From contig NZ_OZ060402.1 in the NCBI RefSeq assembly GCF_964059045.1, forward strand, positions 360,001 to 392,000: a DNA stretch of 32,000 nucleotides, written 5' to 3'. This DNA comes from Candidatus Saccharimonadota bacterium (lineage in GTDB: Bacteria; Pseudomonadota; Gammaproteobacteria; Enterobacterales; Enterobacteriaceae). Below the pieces are notes generated by a model. It worked only from the letters and a program-made list of their open reading frames with translations. It made no database searches and was not told where the DNA came from. How positions within the stretch are numbered: the stretch's first letter is position 1; each line of letters begins with the position of its first letter. Made by a program: the position numbers and the translations under genes. Of the stretch, positions 31,493 through 32,000 are shown piece after piece.

Positions 31493-31534
31493 ATTAATAA
31501 CAATTAAAATATTAATATTTTAATTGTTATTAAT
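31493..31534. repeat. 42-bp perfect palindrome (21-bp arms, no spacer), 60-100 nt upstream of the nusA start codon
   Basis: ATTAATAACAATTAAAATATT (31493-31513) is followed directly by its exact reverse complement AATATTTTAATTGTTATTAAT (31514-31534). I checked all 21 pairs one base at a time, including one C:G pair (31501/31526). The flanking pair 31492/31535 is a mismatch. Confidence 0.75.
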
Positions 31535-31835
31535 ATTATACTATTTATTTGAAAACTATAATTTATATTGTAATAAAAATGATTATTTTAAAAATTTTTA
31601 ACTGTATAATAAGACATATTAATATCTCTATTACTTATATTTATTAAATTAATAATAATTTAATAATTTTATTAAAAAAAATAATATAATTTGATAAAAA
31701 ATTTTCTTAATAAATCAAAACCATTGTAAAATATAAATTTCATTTCATTAGTGATTTTTAATATATATAAATTATATTAAAAATATATAATCAATTATTA
31801 TTAAATACAGGATATTTTTCAATATATTTAATAAT

Positions 31836-31859
31836 AAAAAACCCCGATTAAATTCGGGG
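31836..31859 (-). terminator. GC-rich intrinsic terminator read on the minus strand
   Basis: CCCCGA (31842-31847) pairs with TCGGGG (31854-31859), with a 6-nt loop. On the minus strand the stem is followed immediately by TTTTTT ATTATT (reverse complement of 31830-31841). It is the only run of four G or four C in more than 500 bp of nearly pure A/T spacer. There is no U-tract on the plus strand. Confidence 0.6.
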
Positions 31860-32000
31860 ATTAAAAATCTGATACCCTAAATAAAAAATTTATAAAAATA
31901 TTAATTAAAACAATAATTTTTAAAAATCAAAACAAAAATATTATTATCTTAATTTGAAATAAAAATTAAAATTTTATTTTTGAAAATTATTATAACGCAT

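Noticed and set aside
31755-31783. A/T-only hairpin with an 11-bp stem and 7-nt loop (TTTTTAATATA / TATATTAAAAA) upstream of nusA
   Set aside because: Its length is within chance expectation for A/T spacers, and its position is not distinctive.
1-32000. Search for CRISPR arrays, IS or transposase genes, phage or integrase genes, toxin-antitoxin or defence islands, and tRNA or rRNA genes
   Set aside because: Every ORF of 66 codons or more is either a recognisable housekeeping gene or an antisense shadow. The spacers are nearly pure A/T. They contain no regularly spaced direct repeats and no GC-rich cloverleaf-sized blocks. Nothing supports a mobile or accessory system in this window.

Overview
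This is an extremely AT-rich chromosome segment, roughly 80% A+T by eye, with spacers that are almost pure A/T. It looks like a reduced gamma-proteobacterial (Enterobacterales) obligate insect endosymbiont. The gene order is rluC-rpmF-fabD-fabG-acpP-tmk-holB-ycfH-ptsG-hinT, then asnS-pncB (-), uup (+), trhO-valS-pepA (-), argI-ridA (+), and deaD-pnp-rpsO-truB-rbfA-infB-nusA (-). From memory this matches Buchnera aphidicola synteny, with further gene loss; I cannot assign a strain.

There are 23 protein genes, all housekeeping, and each is collinear with its E. coli orthologue. I found no rRNA, tRNA, CRISPR, IS, phage, toxin or defence genes, and I see no evidence of a novel multi-gene system.

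Points worth a second look:
1. fabG and holB are each broken by a single frameshift that sits exactly inside a long poly(A) run. All motifs on both sides are intact, so these are candidates for transcriptional-slippage rescue or homopolymer sequencing error.
2. Many equally long in-frame lysine-coding poly(A) runs occur in intact genes.
3. Two perfect inverted repeats have 21-bp arms. One is a 42-bp palindrome about 60 nt upstream of nusA. The other lies between the convergent uup and trhO genes.
4. An isolated GC-rich intrinsic terminator on the minus strand lies upstream of nusA, where rimP would be expected.
5. Several spacers look like gene-loss scars: plsX/fabH, fabF, holC, pyrBI, nlpI and rimP.

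bL32 (rpmF) is missing from the ORF track. Several track ORFs carry spurious N-terminal extensions.
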